In this document: piece after piece, positions 8,845 to 19,038 of the stretch
Numbering within the stretch: the first letter of the stretch is position 1
Layout of the letters: each line of letters begins with the position of its first letter
Notes under the pieces: model-generated
Seen by the model: the letters and a program-made list of their open reading frames with translations, nothing else
Databases searched by the model: none
What the model was told of the DNA's origin: nothing
Assembly: GCA_040756875.1 (NCBI GenBank)
Contig: JBFLYH010000001.1
Location: 145,317-209,316, forward strand
Reading direction: 5' to 3'
Source of the DNA: a candidate division FCPU426 bacterium
GTDB lineage: Bacteria > Oederibacteriota > JAAXVQ01 > JAUVAV01
Length of the DNA stretch: 64,000 bases
Position numbers and translations under genes: made by a program

Positions 8845-9696
8845 ATGTGGGAATATAGCGAAAGCGTTAAAGAACACTTTCTTCATCCGCATAATGCCGG
8901 CGAGGTGCAAAACGCCAACGCCGTGGGCGAAGTGGGCTCTTTGGTCTGCGGCGACGCCTTGCGTCTGTCGCTGCGCGTAGATCCCCAAAACGAGAAGATC
9001 CTGGAAGCCAAATTCAAGACCTTCGGCTGTGGCAGCGCCATCGCCTCCTCAAGCATTCTGACCGACATGGTGCTGGGCAAAACCCTGGATGAAGCCAGCC
9101 GGATCACCAACCGCGACATAGCGGACGCATTGGGGGGGCTGCCGCAGGAAAAGATGCACTGCTCGGTCATGGGCATGGAAGCCCTGGAAGCGGCCATTGC
9201 GAACTACCGCGGCCACGGCCAGCCCCAGGCCCACGAGGAGGAAGAAGGCGAGATCGTGTGCAAGTGCTTCGGCGTGACCGACAAGAAGATCGAACGGGCG
9301 ATCCGGGAAAACCACCTGACCACCCTGGAACAGGTCACCAATTACACCAAAGCCGGCGGCGCCTGCGGCAGCTGCCACTGGCGCATCGAGGAAATTCTCC
9401 GCAAGGTGCTCGCGCAGGCGCAGCAGGCCGCCGGCGCGCCCAAGCCCGGTGGATTGACCAACCTGCAGCGCATGAAGCTCGTGCAGGAAACCCTGGACCG
9501 CGAGGTGCGGCCGCAGCTGCAAAAAGACGGCGGCGACCTGGAACTGGTCGACGTCGAAGGCAAAAAGGTCAAGGTGAGGCTGCTTGGCATGTGTTATGGG
9601 TGCCAGGTGGCGACCTTCACCCTGCGCGACCTGGTGGAAGGGAAACTGCGCGAATTTGTGGAACCGGACATCACGGTGGAGGAGATCAGAGCATGA
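8845..9696 (+). CDS. nifU: Fe-S cluster assembly scaffold NifU (three-domain)
   Basis: There is an IscU-like N-domain ('VGSLVCGDALRL', 'FKTFGCGSAIASSS'), a central [2Fe-2S] ferredoxin-like module ('CKCFGV...CGSC') and a C-terminal NifU domain ('GMCYGCQVA'). Confidence 0.85.
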   Translation: MWEYSESVKEHFLHPHNAGEVQNANAVGEVGSLVCGDALRLSLRVDPQNEKILEAKFKTFGCGSAIASSSILTDMVLGKTLDEASRITNRDIADALGGLPQEKMHCSVMGMEALEAAIANYRGHGQPQAHEEEEGEIVCKCFGVTDKKIERAIRENHLTTLEQVTNYTKAGGACGSCHWRIEEILRKVLAQAQQAAGAPKPGGLTNLQRMKLVQETLDREVRPQLQKDGGDLELVDVEGKKVKVRLLGMCYGCQVATFTLRDLVEGKLREFVEPDITVEEIRA

Positions 9697-10874
9697 ACCC
9701 GGTCATTTACCTGGACAACAACGCCACCACTGCGGTCGCGCCCGAGGTCCGCGAAGCCATGCTGCCGTATTGGGGGGAGAAATACGGCAACCCTTCCAGC
9801 ATGCACACTTTCGGCGGGCGTCTGGCCCGCGATGTGGCCAAAGCCAGGTCCCAGGCGGCCGCGCTGTTCAACGCCCGCGACACGGAGGTCATTTTCACGA
9901 GCTGCGGCACTGAGTCCGATAATGCCGCCATCCGCGGCGTGCTGGAAGCCCTGCCTGACCGGCGGCACATTGTCACCACCCGCGTGGAGCATCCGGCGGT
10001 CCTCAACCTCTGCAAGCACTTGGAAAACCGGGGCTACCGCGTGACCTATCTTCCCGTGGACGCCAAGGGCCGGCTGGATTTGGAGGCCCTGAAGCTGGCG
10101 TTGACGCCGGACACGGCGCTGGTTTCGATCATGTACGCCAACAACGAGACCGGCACGGTTTTCCCGCTCGCTAAAATCGCCGAACTGGTCAAGGAACGCG
10201 GGTTGATCTTGCACACGGACGCCGTGCAGGCGGCCGGCAAGCTTTCCCTGGACATGGAGGCCATTCCCGCGGACCTGGTGTCCATTTCCGGGCACAAGCT
10301 GCACGCGCCCAAGGGCGTGGGCGCCCTGTACGTGCGGCGCGGCACGCGTTTCGTGCCGTACCTGATCGGCGGGCACCAGGAAAACGGCCGGCGCGGCGGC
10401 ACGGAAAACATGGCCGGCATCGTGGGGTTGGGCCTGGCCGCGGAACTAGCCCGCCTGCATCCGGAGGAAGCGGCGCAGCAGGCGAAGCTCCGCGACCGGC
10501 TGGAGCAGGGCATATTGCGGGCCGTGCCGTATACCCGCGTCAACGGCGATCCGGAACACCGCCTGCCCAACACCACCAACATCAGCTTCGAATACATCGA
10601 GGGCGAAGCCATCCTGCTCAAGCTGGACGAAGCCGGCATTTGCGCCTCGTCCGGCTCGGCTTGCACCTCCGGTTCCCTCGAACCGTCGCCGGTCCTGCGG
10701 GCCATGGGCGTGCCGTTTACGGCCATCCACGGCTCCATCCGGTTCTCCCTTTCGCGTTACACCACCGAGGCCGAGATCGACCGCGTGCTCTCCGTCCTGC
10801 CGCCCGTCATCGCCGGACTGCGCGAACTGTCGCCTTTCTGGGCGCGGAGGGAAGCGAGCCCCGCAAAACCCTAG
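9693..10874 (+). CDS. nifS: Cysteine desulfurase NifS
   Basis: Class-V aminotransferase: 'IYLDNNATT', the PLP-lysine 'SISGHKLHAPKG', and the active-site loop 'SSGSACTSGS'. There is an ATGA start/stop overlap with nifU. Confidence 0.85.
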   Translation: MNPVIYLDNNATTAVAPEVREAMLPYWGEKYGNPSSMHTFGGRLARDVAKARSQAAALFNARDTEVIFTSCGTESDNAAIRGVLEALPDRRHIVTTRVEHPAVLNLCKHLENRGYRVTYLPVDAKGRLDLEALKLALTPDTALVSIMYANNETGTVFPLAKIAELVKERGLILHTDAVQAAGKLSLDMEAIPADLVSISGHKLHAPKGVGALYVRRGTRFVPYLIGGHQENGRRGGTENMAGIVGLGLAAELARLHPEEAAQQAKLRDRLEQGILRAVPYTRVNGDPEHRLPNTTNISFEYIEGEAILLKLDEAGICASSGSACTSGSLEPSPVLRAMGVPFTAIHGSIRFSLSRYTTEAEIDRVLSVLPPVIAGLRELSPFWARREASPAKP

Positions 10875-11025
10875 GGGCCTGGCTGTTCGCCCTGCGAGCC
10901 CCGGGTGTCACTGCCCGTCCGCTTTTCCTCCGCCTCCACTCAGTCGCAGATTCCGTGGACTTCATATTTAATCCGCTGTTTTACCTGCCGATACTTTCCC
11001 TGCATCCTTCGCAGGGGGGACCAGC

Positions 11026-12123
11026 ATGGGAAAACGCGTTTTAGTGCTGACCGGCGGCGGCGACTGTCCGGGTTTGAACGCCGTGATCCGCGGCATGGTC
11101 AAGCGCGCGGGGCAGTTGGACGCTTGGGAGCTCATGGGGTCCGTGGAAGCTTTTCACGGCATGCTCCGCGAACCCATGGAATTGGTCCGCCTGACCCGGG
11201 AGACCGTGGCCGGCATCCACGTGCGCGGCGGCACGATCCTGGGCACGACCAACAAAGGGTCGCCCTTCGCCTGGCCGGTCAAACGCCCGGACGGGACCTG
11301 GGAAAACGTGGACATCTCCGACGACCTGATCCGCAAGCTGCAGATCCAGCAGATCGATGCGGTGGTAAACATCGGGGGCGACGGCTCGCAATCCATTTCC
11401 CAGCGCCTGTACGAAAAGGGCGTGCCGATCATCGGCGTGCCCAAAACGATCGACAACGACCTGTCGTGCACGGATTTCACTTTCGGCTTCCAAACCGCGG
11501 TGGAAGTGGCCACGGACGCCGTGGACAAGCTGGTGACCACGGCCGCCTCCCACAGCCGTCTCATGATTTTGGAAGTCATGGGGCGGGACGCGGGCTGGAT
11601 CGCGCTTTCGTCCGCCGTGGCCGGCGGCGCGGACGTGGTGCTTATCCCGGAAATCCCTTTTGACATCGAAAAAGTGGCGGTCAAAATCCGGAGCCGCATG
11701 AACGGCCGCAAAGGCTTTGCCATCGTGGTGGTGGCCGAGGGCGCCCGGCCCAAGGACGGCGGCCAGGTGTCCAAGCAGAGCGGGGAAGCGGGTTATCAGA
11801 ACGTGCGCTTGGGCGGGGTGGGGTACGCGCTGCAGGAGGCTCTGCAGGCGGTTTTTCCCGAGCTCAGCATGCGCGTGACCGTGCTGGGGCACCTGCAGCG
11901 GGGCGGCACGCCCTGCGCGTATGACCGCATCCTGGCCACCCAGTTCGGCGTCAAAGCCGTGGAGCTGATCCGGGACGGCCGGTTCGGCCGCATGGTCGTG
12001 TACCGCCATCCGGACATCGTGGACGTGCCCCTGGCCGAGGCGGTCGGCACCTACAACCTGATCCAGCCGCAGCATTACCTGCTGCAAACCGCCCGCGGCA
12101 ACGACATCTGCCTGGGGGATTAA
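11026..12123 (+). CDS. pfkA: 6-phosphofructokinase (short ATP-dependent type)
   Basis: 'RVLVLTGGGDCPGLNAVIRG', 'IGGDGS', 'GVPKTIDNDL', 'MGRDAGWIA'. Confidence 0.8.
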   Translation: MGKRVLVLTGGGDCPGLNAVIRGMVKRAGQLDAWELMGSVEAFHGMLREPMELVRLTRETVAGIHVRGGTILGTTNKGSPFAWPVKRPDGTWENVDISDDLIRKLQIQQIDAVVNIGGDGSQSISQRLYEKGVPIIGVPKTIDNDLSCTDFTFGFQTAVEVATDAVDKLVTTAASHSRLMILEVMGRDAGWIALSSAVAGGADVVLIPEIPFDIEKVAVKIRSRMNGRKGFAIVVVAEGARPKDGGQVSKQSGEAGYQNVRLGGVGYALQEALQAVFPELSMRVTVLGHLQRGGTPCAYDRILATQFGVKAVELIRDGRFGRMVVYRHPDIVDVPLAEAVGTYNLIQPQHYLLQTARGNDICLGD

Positions 12124-12129
12124 AAGAGA

Positions 12130-12221
12130 GGGCGGCTCGCAGGCTTTTCTAGCTGCGGAACTCGCCCTTCGGCAGGCTCAGGCTCAGACAGTCCTCGCTG
12201 CGAAAAGCCTGCGAGCCGCCC
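12130..12221. repeat. Perfect 20-bp inverted repeat (GGGCGGCTCGCAGGCTTTTC ... GAAAAGCCTGCGAGCCGCCC) enclosing a 52-nt loop, in the pfkA-pfp intergenic region
   Basis: Read directly from the sequence. Arm 1 is 12130-12149 and arm 2 is 12202-12221. No U-tract follows it. Confidence 0.6.
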
Positions 12222-12357
12222 CTGGGGTGAGGTTGGGAAGGAAAAACTCCTGCCCACCAGGCTCCCCACCCCTCTTTTCTATGGCAATTCCCGGTTTATT
12301 TCGCTAAAATACCCGCCGTTTTTAGACCGTTCCCAAAGCTCAGGAGGAAACCGCGTT

Positions 12358-14187
12358 ATGTCCCAACCAACGTCCGCCCATCCGGATATGATCCGCACGT
12401 GGGAAGCCACGGAAAAGAACCATTCGTTGTTCGAGGACCAGATCCGCCAGCTGCCCCTGCCCGTGCTGGCCACGTTCCAGGACCAAGGCGCGCTGGCGCC
12501 GGCCGGGTTCGCGCCGGCCGCGGACCTGCGACTGACCACCAGCCACGATCCCAAGGCCCTGCAGGCCCATTTCCCGAAACTGTATCCCAAGATCGGCGAG
12601 CAGGTGCTTGAGGCCCGGCCCGCGGACCGCCCCCGGGCCGAAGGCAAGCGCGTGGCCGTGCTCTTTTCCGGCGGGCCGGCGGCCGGCGGCCACAATGTGC
12701 TAGCCGGCCTGAAAAAAGCCCTGGGCGCGAAGAACACCTTGCTCGGCGTCCGCCAGGGTCCCAAGGGACTGTTGAACGGGAAAATCTTCGAAGTCACGGA
12801 CGCGGACATGGCGCGGGTCTTCAACACGGGCGGCTTCGATTTCCTCGGCTCCGACCGCACCAAGATCAAGAGCCACGAGCAATTTAAGCAGGTCAAGGCC
12901 GTGTGCCAGGAACACCGCCTGGACGCCCTGGTGATCGTGGGCGGCGACGATTCCAACACCAACGCCGCGCTGCTCGCGGAGTTCCTGGCTGACAACGTGC
13001 ATCCAGACGGCCGCGGCGTGCAGGTGATCGGCGTGCCCAAGACCATTGACGGCGACCTCCAGGCCGACGGCCTGCTGCCCATTTCCTTCGGCTTCGACAC
13101 GGCCACGAAAATTTATGCGGAACTGGTGGGCAACATCCTGCAGGACACGCCCTCGTCGCGCAAATACTGGCATTTCGTGAAGCTGATGGGGCGCAGCGCC
13201 ACGCACGTGGGGCTGGAAGTCGCGCTGCAGGCCAAACCGTCGGTGGCCTTTGTGTCCGAGGAGATCGCGGACAAGAAGCTTTCGCTCTCGCAGATCGTGG
13301 ACATCCTGTGCCGGGCCATCGCCCGCCGCGCGGCCAAAGGCATGGATTACGGCGTGGTGCTGATCCCCGAGGGCCTGATCGAGTTCATTCCCGAGATGCG
13401 CAGCCTCATCCAGGAACTCAACGAGATCATGGGCAAGTACGCCAAGGTGCTGGCGGACACGCGCACGCTCGCGGAAAAGAAGGATTTCATCTTTGGCAAG
13501 ATTTCCCCTCAGTCCGCCAAGCTCATGGCCTCCTTGCCCGATGAATTCGAGGACATGCTGCTCCTGGACCGGGACGCGCACGGCAATCTCCAGGTCTCCC
13601 AAATCCCCACGGAAAAACTGCTCATCGAGATGGTCCAGACCCGGCTGCACGAGATGAAGGTGGATCCGTCCGGTTTCGTCGGCCAGGAGGCCGGGCAGGT
13701 GGACCTGACTCCGGCGGAAGTGGAGCGTTTCCAGAAATCCAAGTTCGCGACCAACAACCACTTCTTCGGCTACGAAGGCCGCTGTGGCGCGCCCAGCCGG
13801 TTCGACGCCGCCTATACCTTCAACCTGGGGCTGACAGCCGGCTCCCTGGCCCTTTCCGGACACACCGGCTACATGGTGGCTGTCCGCAACCTGGACCAGG
13901 GCGGGCAGGCCCTGGCCCTGCCGCTGACCGGCCTGCTGCACCAGGAGCGCCGGCATGGCGAGGATGAAATGGTGATCGAAAAGGCGTTGGTGGAGGTCGG
14001 CTCTCCGGCGTTCAAATATTTCCTGGCGGTGCGCGAGCGTTGGGCCCAGGAGGACCGCTTTGCCTCGCCCGGTCCCAGGCAGGCGTGGGGCCCGGTTGCC
14101 AACCAGATGCCCGTTACCGTGGCTATGAACCAGGGATACGCCGGGTTGAGTTTTGACCTGGGTCCCGAAGTGAAGGTGGTTTTTTAA
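12358..14187 (+). CDS. pfp: Pyrophosphate-dependent phosphofructokinase (long PFP type, diphosphate--fructose-6-phosphate 1-phosphotransferase)
   Basis: The 609-aa long-form PFK has 'VAVLFSGGPAAGGHNV', 'IVGGDDSNTNAALLAEF' and 'GVPKTIDGDL'. An RBS AGGAGG lies upstream. Confidence 0.7.
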   Translation: MSQPTSAHPDMIRTWEATEKNHSLFEDQIRQLPLPVLATFQDQGALAPAGFAPAADLRLTTSHDPKALQAHFPKLYPKIGEQVLEARPADRPRAEGKRVAVLFSGGPAAGGHNVLAGLKKALGAKNTLLGVRQGPKGLLNGKIFEVTDADMARVFNTGGFDFLGSDRTKIKSHEQFKQVKAVCQEHRLDALVIVGGDDSNTNAALLAEFLADNVHPDGRGVQVIGVPKTIDGDLQADGLLPISFGFDTATKIYAELVGNILQDTPSSRKYWHFVKLMGRSATHVGLEVALQAKPSVAFVSEEIADKKLSLSQIVDILCRAIARRAAKGMDYGVVLIPEGLIEFIPEMRSLIQELNEIMGKYAKVLADTRTLAEKKDFIFGKISPQSAKLMASLPDEFEDMLLLDRDAHGNLQVSQIPTEKLLIEMVQTRLHEMKVDPSGFVGQEAGQVDLTPAEVERFQKSKFATNNHFFGYEGRCGAPSRFDAAYTFNLGLTAGSLALSGHTGYMVAVRNLDQGGQALALPLTGLLHQERRHGEDEMVIEKALVEVGSPAFKYFLAVRERWAQEDRFASPGPRQAWGPVANQMPVTVAMNQGYAGLSFDLGPEVKVVF

Positions 14188-14208
14188 GCACGGGCTGAAA
14201 ACCGCCCG

Positions 14209-17200
14209 TCAAGGCGTTCCGCCGGCCGCCGGCGTTTCAAGATGCCGTTCGAGCCTGCGGCCGGAAACAGCCAGTTCCGCCAGCACGGCCTCGAGTTTGG
14301 CCGCGCCCTGGCGGGTTTTGGCTAGTTCCTCCAGCTGCTGGGCATTGGCCGCCACGTGTTCGCACGAGAGGTTCGCCGCCGTCCCCTTGAGGGTATGCGC
14401 CAGCTGCCTCACTTCATCGTGGCGTTCGGACTGGGCCGCCGCCTGGAGCTTGGGCAGGGTGTCGCGCATCTGCCGAATGAAGTCCTGCAGCAGTTCCCGC
14501 AGCAAATCGCTGTTGCCGTCCGCGCGTTCGAGGGCCACGGGCCAGTTGACGACCGTCGGTTTCGCCGACGGACCGGCCGCCGACGGGCCGGCCGGCTCGG
14601 CGGTCGTTCCGGCCTGGCGGCCGTAGCGGTCCAAAAGCGCATACAATTCCCGGCGGTCGATCGGCTTGGAAAGGTAATCATCCATGCCGGCGTCCAGGCA
14701 GCGTTCGCGGTCGCCTTTCAGGGCGTGGGCCGTCAGCGCGATGATCGGAATGCGGCCGCCGCCCTCCTTTTCCAGCCGCCGGATTTCCCGCGTCGCCTCG
14801 AGCCCGTCCAGCTTCGGCATTTGCACGTCCATCAAAATCAAATCATAGGTCTGTTCGCGCCACCGCGCCAGCGCCTCCTCGCCGTCTCCGGCTTCGGTGA
14901 CCGCATCGCCATGTTTGGCCAGCATGGTCAGGAGCAGTTGGCGGTTGATGGCATTGTCTTCAACCGCCAGGATGCGCAGGCGGCGTCCGGTTTCCCGCAG
15001 GTGATGCTGCGTAATCAGCGGAACGGATGCTTCGCCGGGTTTGGCGGGCGCGAGCACGGCGGAGACCGCGCGCTGCAGCTCCGACCTTCTCAGCGGCTTG
15101 GTCAGATAGGCATCCAGCCCCAGCTCGCGCGCTCTGGCGCCGTCGCCGCGCTGGCCGCCGGAAGTGATGAGGATGATCTTCAGGTCGGCGCCGAGATCGA
15201 TGGCCTTGATTTTTTCGCATACCCCGAACCCGTCCATCTCCGGCATGCACTTGTCCAGCAGCAGCAGCTTGAAGGGCCGGCCGGAGGCGCGCGCCTCGGC
15301 CAGCCGCATGAGCGCCTCGTTTCCGGAGGAGGCCTCGGCGATTTCCATTCCCCAGGGCTGCAGCAGTTCGCGCAGGATCTGCCGGTTGATGTCCAGGTCG
15401 TCCACGATCAGCGTTTTCACCCAGGCCAGACCCACGGCGGCGGCCGGTTCCACGGGTTGCGGCTGGGATTGCAGGGGGAAGGGAATGTCCACGGTGAACG
15501 TGCTGCCCTGGCCGGCCCGGCTCGCCACCTGGATGTTTCCACCCATCAATTGAACCAGCTGCCGGCTGATGGACAGGCCCAAGCCGGTTCCGCCGTAGCG
15601 GCGGGTGGTGGAGATGTCCGCCTGGGTGAAGGTCTCGAAGATCGTATCCAGTTTGTCCTCCGGGATGCCGATGCCGGTGTCGCTGATCTGGAAGCGGAAC
15701 TCGGCCTTTTTATCGGTCTCCGACAATACGTTCACGGCCAGCATGATTTGGCCGCGTTCCGTGAATTTGATCGCATTTCCGAGCAGGTTGATCAAGATTT
15801 GCCGCAGCCGGCCCGGATCGCCCACCAAGCCGGTCGGCGCTTCGGGCGGGACGCGGCAGATGAATTCCAGTTGCTTCTCCGCGGCTTTGGAGGCTAGGGT
15901 TTCAGCCGCGTTCTCGACGGTCAGACGGAGATCGAAGTCGATTTCCTCCAGGAGCATATGGCCGGATTCGATTTTGGCAAAATCCAGAATGTCGTTGATC
16001 AGGCGCACCAGCGCGTCCGAGGCCGTCATGGCTTTCTCCAGGTAATCGCGCTGTTCCGGTGTGGTTTCCGTGTCCAGGAGCAGCTGCAGCATGCCCATGA
16101 CGGCGTTCATGGGCGTGCGGATTTCGTGGCTCATGTTGGCGAGGAATTCGGTTTTGGCCAGGCTGGCCTGCTCGGCCAGCACAGCCAGGTCATTGGCCTG
16201 GCGGACCGCTTCGCCCAGCAGGTGGTTGGCGTGTTCGGCCTCCTCGCGGGCCTTGTGCAGGGCCGAAATGTCCACCAGGGCGGTCAGCAGGGCGGGTTCA
16301 CCCTCGAGTTCAATGGTCCGGACCGTGCGCAGGATCGGCAAAGCCGGCATGTCGGGCCGGAGCAGCAGGGTTTCGGATTCCATCTCCACGCCGCAGGCTC
16401 CCTCGCCGGCGGTTTCGCCGAGCTTGAAGAAGTCGGAACAGGAGCGCCCCAGAGCGTCTTCGGGGAGCGCCAGGCCCATCATGGACAGGGCGGCTGCGTT
16501 TACCCGGCGGATGCGGTGGTCGAGGCCGGTTATCATCACGCCGACCGAAAGGTTTTTCAGGATCGCGCGGGGAGTTTCCAGGGCCTGCTCCAGTTTGGTT
16601 TGGACCTGCTGGCGCTGGATGACGCTCGAAAGATTGCCGGCCAGCGAGAGCAGCAGGTAATCTTCGTTTTGGCTCCAGGTGTGCTCGCCTTGGCAGCTCT
16701 CGAAGCCCAGAAACCCCCAGGCGCGGTTGTCCACGCGGATGGGGAGCAGGCGGATGGAAACCACGCCCAGGGACTCCAGGTAGCCCCGCTCGGCGGGCAG
16801 GAGGCTCTGGGTTTCGCTGCGCACACCCTGGCCGGATTCCAACAGCCGCTGCCAGCGGGTGAAAACCGGACGGCTGTACAGGCAGTTTTGCGTTTCCGGA
16901 TTGGACATCTGCTGGCTGTAGGGTTTGACCGCCCATTCGTAGCGCCGGCTGAAAGCCGGGTCGCCGGTTTCCGGATGAGGATGATTCTGGCACACGTACG
17001 CCCGGTGATAGCCGGTAATGGGAACGATCGAGGCGAGGATTTCATAGAGCGCCACCTCATAATCCTCGTTGAAATCCATGATCGAGAGCAGGCGGTTGGT
17101 GGCTTCGTTCAAGGTCTGCAGCAGGAGGGCCTGCTGTTCCCGCTGGCGGTTTTGCTCATGGTGGAATCCGATTTCGATCTGCGTCAAGTCGCGCAATTCG

Positions 17201-17526
17201 GCCAAATCGCGGGTGAGCTGGTCGAATAATTCCTCGACCGGCCGCTGGGAGGAAGGATTGAGCCCCTGGGATTCCCTGCGCATGGACCAGCCGGCCAGGA
17301 CGCGCCCCAGCACCCAGGCTGCTGTAAATCCGATCGCAATGCCGAGGGCAATCTGCCAATACGCCACCAGGCGCCTCCTGCGGGCCGGATTCCATTTAAA
17401 CCGGAAAACCCGCTTCGGACTTGTTCCTACTCTGCAAGCTTCCTGGTTATTGTCGGCTGTTTTTCCATCCGACTGAATGGCCGGTCCGTTAAAACCCCTC
17501 TTTTTAAAGGAAAATAACGCTTGCAT
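14209..17526 (-). CDS. Large hybrid sensor histidine kinase: TM-sensor(PAS/GAF)-HisKA-HATPase_c-REC-REC-Hpt
   Basis: There is an N-terminal TM helix, then an H-box '[15 protein letters not shown]', then '[18 protein letters not shown]'. Two receiver domains follow ('[11 protein letters not shown]...', '[12 protein letters not shown]...'), then a C-terminal Hpt '[11 protein letters not shown]'. The start codon is uncertain because the RBS is weak. Confidence 0.65.
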   Translation of the reverse strand: MQALFSFKKRGFNGPAIQSDGKTADNNQEACRVGTSPKRVFRFKWNPARRRRLVAYWQIALGIAIGFTAAWVLGRVLAGWSMRRESQGLNPSSQRPVEELFDQLTRDLAELRDLTQIEIGFHHEQNRQREQQALLLQTLNEATNRLLSIMDFNEDYEVALYEILASIVPITGYHRAYVCQNHPHPETGDPAFSRRYEWAVKPYSQQMSNPETQNCLYSRPVFTRWQRLLESGQGVRSETQSLLPAERGYLESLGVVSIRLLPIRVDNRAWGFLGFESCQGEHTWSQNEDYLLLSLAGNLSSVIQRQQVQTKLEQALETPRAILKNLSVGVMITGLDHRIRRVNAAALSMMGLALPEDALGRSCSDFFKLGETAGEGACGVEMESETLLLRPDMPALPILRTVRTIELEGEPALLTALVDISALHKAREEAEHANHLLGEAVRQANDLAVLAEQASLAKTEFLANMSHEIRTPMNAVMGMLQLLLDTETTPEQRDYLEKAMTASDALVRLINDILDFAKIESGHMLLEEIDFDLRLTVENAAETLASKAAEKQLEFICRVPPEAPTGLVGDPGRLRQILINLLGNAIKFTERGQIMLAVNVLSETDKKAEFRFQISDTGIGIPEDKLDTIFETFTQADISTTRRYGGTGLGLSISRQLVQLMGGNIQVASRAGQGSTFTVDIPFPLQSQPQPVEPAAAVGLAWVKTLIVDDLDINRQILRELLQPWGMEIAEASSGNEALMRLAEARASGRPFKLLLLDKCMPEMDGFGVCEKIKAIDLGADLKIILITSGGQRGDGARARELGLDAYLTKPLRRSELQRAVSAVLAPAKPGEASVPLITQHHLRETGRRLRILAVEDNAINRQLLLTMLAKHGDAVTEAGDGEEALARWREQTYDLILMDVQMPKLDGLEATREIRRLEKEGGGRIPIIALTAHALKGDRERCLDAGMDDYLSKPIDRRELYALLDRYGRQAGTTAEPAGPSAAGPSAKPTVVNWPVALERADGNSDLLRELLQDFIRQMRDTLPKLQAAAQSERHDEVRQLAHTLKGTAANLSCEHVAANAQQLEELAKTRQGAAKLEAVLAELAVSGRRLERHLETPAAGGTP

Positions 17527-17597
17527 TCGCGCGATGGCACGGCTACAATACCGCCTGTTTTTTAATCATGCCCAACTTATCCGCCCAGGAGGCCAGC

Positions 17598-18884
17598 ATG
17601 CCCAAGAAAATAAAAATCGAAAAAGTCAGCGCTTTGGAGATCCTTGATTCCAGGGGCAATCCCACGGTCCGCGTATTCGTGACCGCGAAAGGGCAGGATA
17701 CGGTGTCCGCCTCGGTGCCCTCGGGCGCTTCGACGGGCGAGCACGAAGCGGTCGAATTGCGGGACGGCGACAAATCGCGTTATTTGGGCAAAGGCACCAG
17801 CAAAGCCGTGGCCCATGTCAACGGTGAGATTGCCGAGGCCGTGACCGGCATGGATGTGCTCGATTTCAAAGCCGTGGACAAAGCCCTCTTGAAATTGGAC
17901 GGTACGCCCAACAAAGGCCGGCTCGGAGCCAACGCCATCCTGGGCGTGTCCATGGCCGTGGTCAAAGCCGCGGCTCAAGCCGAAGGGCTGCCGGTTTACC
18001 GGTATCTCGGCGGCGCCAAGGCCAAGCAGCTGCCGGCGCCCATGATGAACATCATCAACGGTGGCAAGCACGCGGACAACAGCGTGGATTTCCAGGAGTT
18101 CATGGCCATGCCCCTGGGCCGGCCGTCCTTCCGTGAAGCCCTGCGCGCAGGCGCGGAAACTTTCCACCATCTGGCCAAGATTTTGAAGAAGAAAGGGTAC
18201 TCCACCGCCGTTGGAGACGAAGGCGGATTCGCGCCCAACCTCAAGAGCAACGAAGAGGCCTGCGAAGTCATTCTCGAGGCGATCCAGGCCGCGGGGTACC
18301 AGCCCGGCCAGGACATCATGATCGCCCTGGACCCGGCCGCGAGTTCGCTCTACGAAAACGGGAAATACAACCTGGCGGATTCGGGCAGCGGTTATAAGAC
18401 CACGGACGAAATGATCGCCCTGTGGGAGGCCTGGGTGCAGCGCTATCCGATCGTGTCCATCGAAGATCCCCTGTATGAAAACGATTGGACGGGATTCCAA
18501 AAATTCACCCAGCGGGTGGGCAATAAGATCCAAGTGGTGGGCGACGATTTGTTCGTCACCAATCCCGCCTTTGTCAAGAAAGGCATCGAGCAGAAGGCCG
18601 CGAACGCCGTGCTGGTTAAAGTCAATCAGATCGGGACCATCTCCGAAACCATCGCCACCATCAAGCTTTGCCAGAAGGCGGGTTGGAACTACATCATTTC
18701 CCACCGCTCCGGCGAAACCGAAGACACGTTCATCGCCGATTTGGCCGTGGCCATGGGCGGCGGGCAGATCAAGACCGGGTCCGCCAGCCGCAGCGACCGC
18801 ATCGCCAAATACAACCGGCTGCTGGAAATCGAGGCCGAGCTCGGCAAAAAAGCGCTGTACCGGAACGTAGTGACCAAACGCTGA
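17598..18884 (+). CDS. eno: Enolase (phosphopyruvate hydratase)
   Basis: '[12 protein letters not shown]', '[17 protein letters not shown]' and '[13 protein letters not shown]' match enolase motifs. The ATG at 17598 has an AGGAGG RBS. Confidence 0.9.
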   Translation: MPKKIKIEKVSALEILDSRGNPTVRVFVTAKGQDTVSASVPSGASTGEHEAVELRDGDKSRYLGKGTSKAVAHVNGEIAEAVTGMDVLDFKAVDKALLKLDGTPNKGRLGANAILGVSMAVVKAAAQAEGLPVYRYLGGAKAKQLPAPMMNIINGGKHADNSVDFQEFMAMPLGRPSFREALRAGAETFHHLAKILKKKGYSTAVGDEGGFAPNLKSNEEACEVILEAIQAAGYQPGQDIMIALDPAASSLYENGKYNLADSGSGYKTTDEMIALWEAWVQRYPIVSIEDPLYENDWTGFQKFTQRVGNKIQVVGDDLFVTNPAFVKKGIEQKAANAVLVKVNQIGTISETIATIKLCQKAGWNYIISHRSGETEDTFIADLAVAMGGGQIKTGSASRSDRIAKYNRLLEIEAELGKKALYRNVVTKR

Positions 18885-18904
18885 CGCGGTTAGAATCAAC
18901 CCTC

Positions 18905-18936
18905 GGGGCGGGCCTCTGGCCCGCCCCTTTTTTTTC
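18905..18936 (+). terminator. Rho-independent terminator after eno (GGGGCGGGCC-tctg-GCCCGCCCC followed by T9)
   Basis: A GC-rich hairpin followed by a U-tract is read directly. Confidence 0.65.
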
Positions 18937-19038
18937 AACCCTTCTCTCCCACCTAACCTTTGCCTGGCCGGTTGCCGATCCTAATGACGAACCACGCTGC
19001 TCCATATTTGTGCGTCGCGGGCCACGCGGGAGACTTGC

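Noticed and set aside
8845-10874. nifU-nifS as evidence for nitrogen fixation
   Set aside because: No nifHDK or other nitrogenase genes are present. NifU/NifS pairs are the housekeeping Fe-S assembly system in many anaerobes.
12279-13956. Long antisense ORFs on the minus strand inside pfp (12279-13106 and 12700-13956), and similar ones elsewhere (17577-18938 inside eno, 38858-40111 inside metY, 62349-63107)
   Set aside because: These are typical stop-poor shadow frames of a 62% GC genome. The sense-strand genes have strong family motifs and RBSs. The antisense products are Arg/Ala/Pro-rich with no homology.
14356-15897. A 513-aa plus-strand ORF inside the large hybrid kinase gene
   Set aside because: It is a GC-rich antisense shadow frame with no domain signature. 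The minus-strand kinase has all HisKA, HATPase, REC and Hpt motifs.
17527-17597. The ORF-track enolase start at 17568 ([10 protein letters not shown]...)
   Set aside because: The ATG at 17598 has a consensus AGGAGG RBS and matches the conserved enolase N-terminus ([10 protein letters not shown]). The upstream Met has no RBS.
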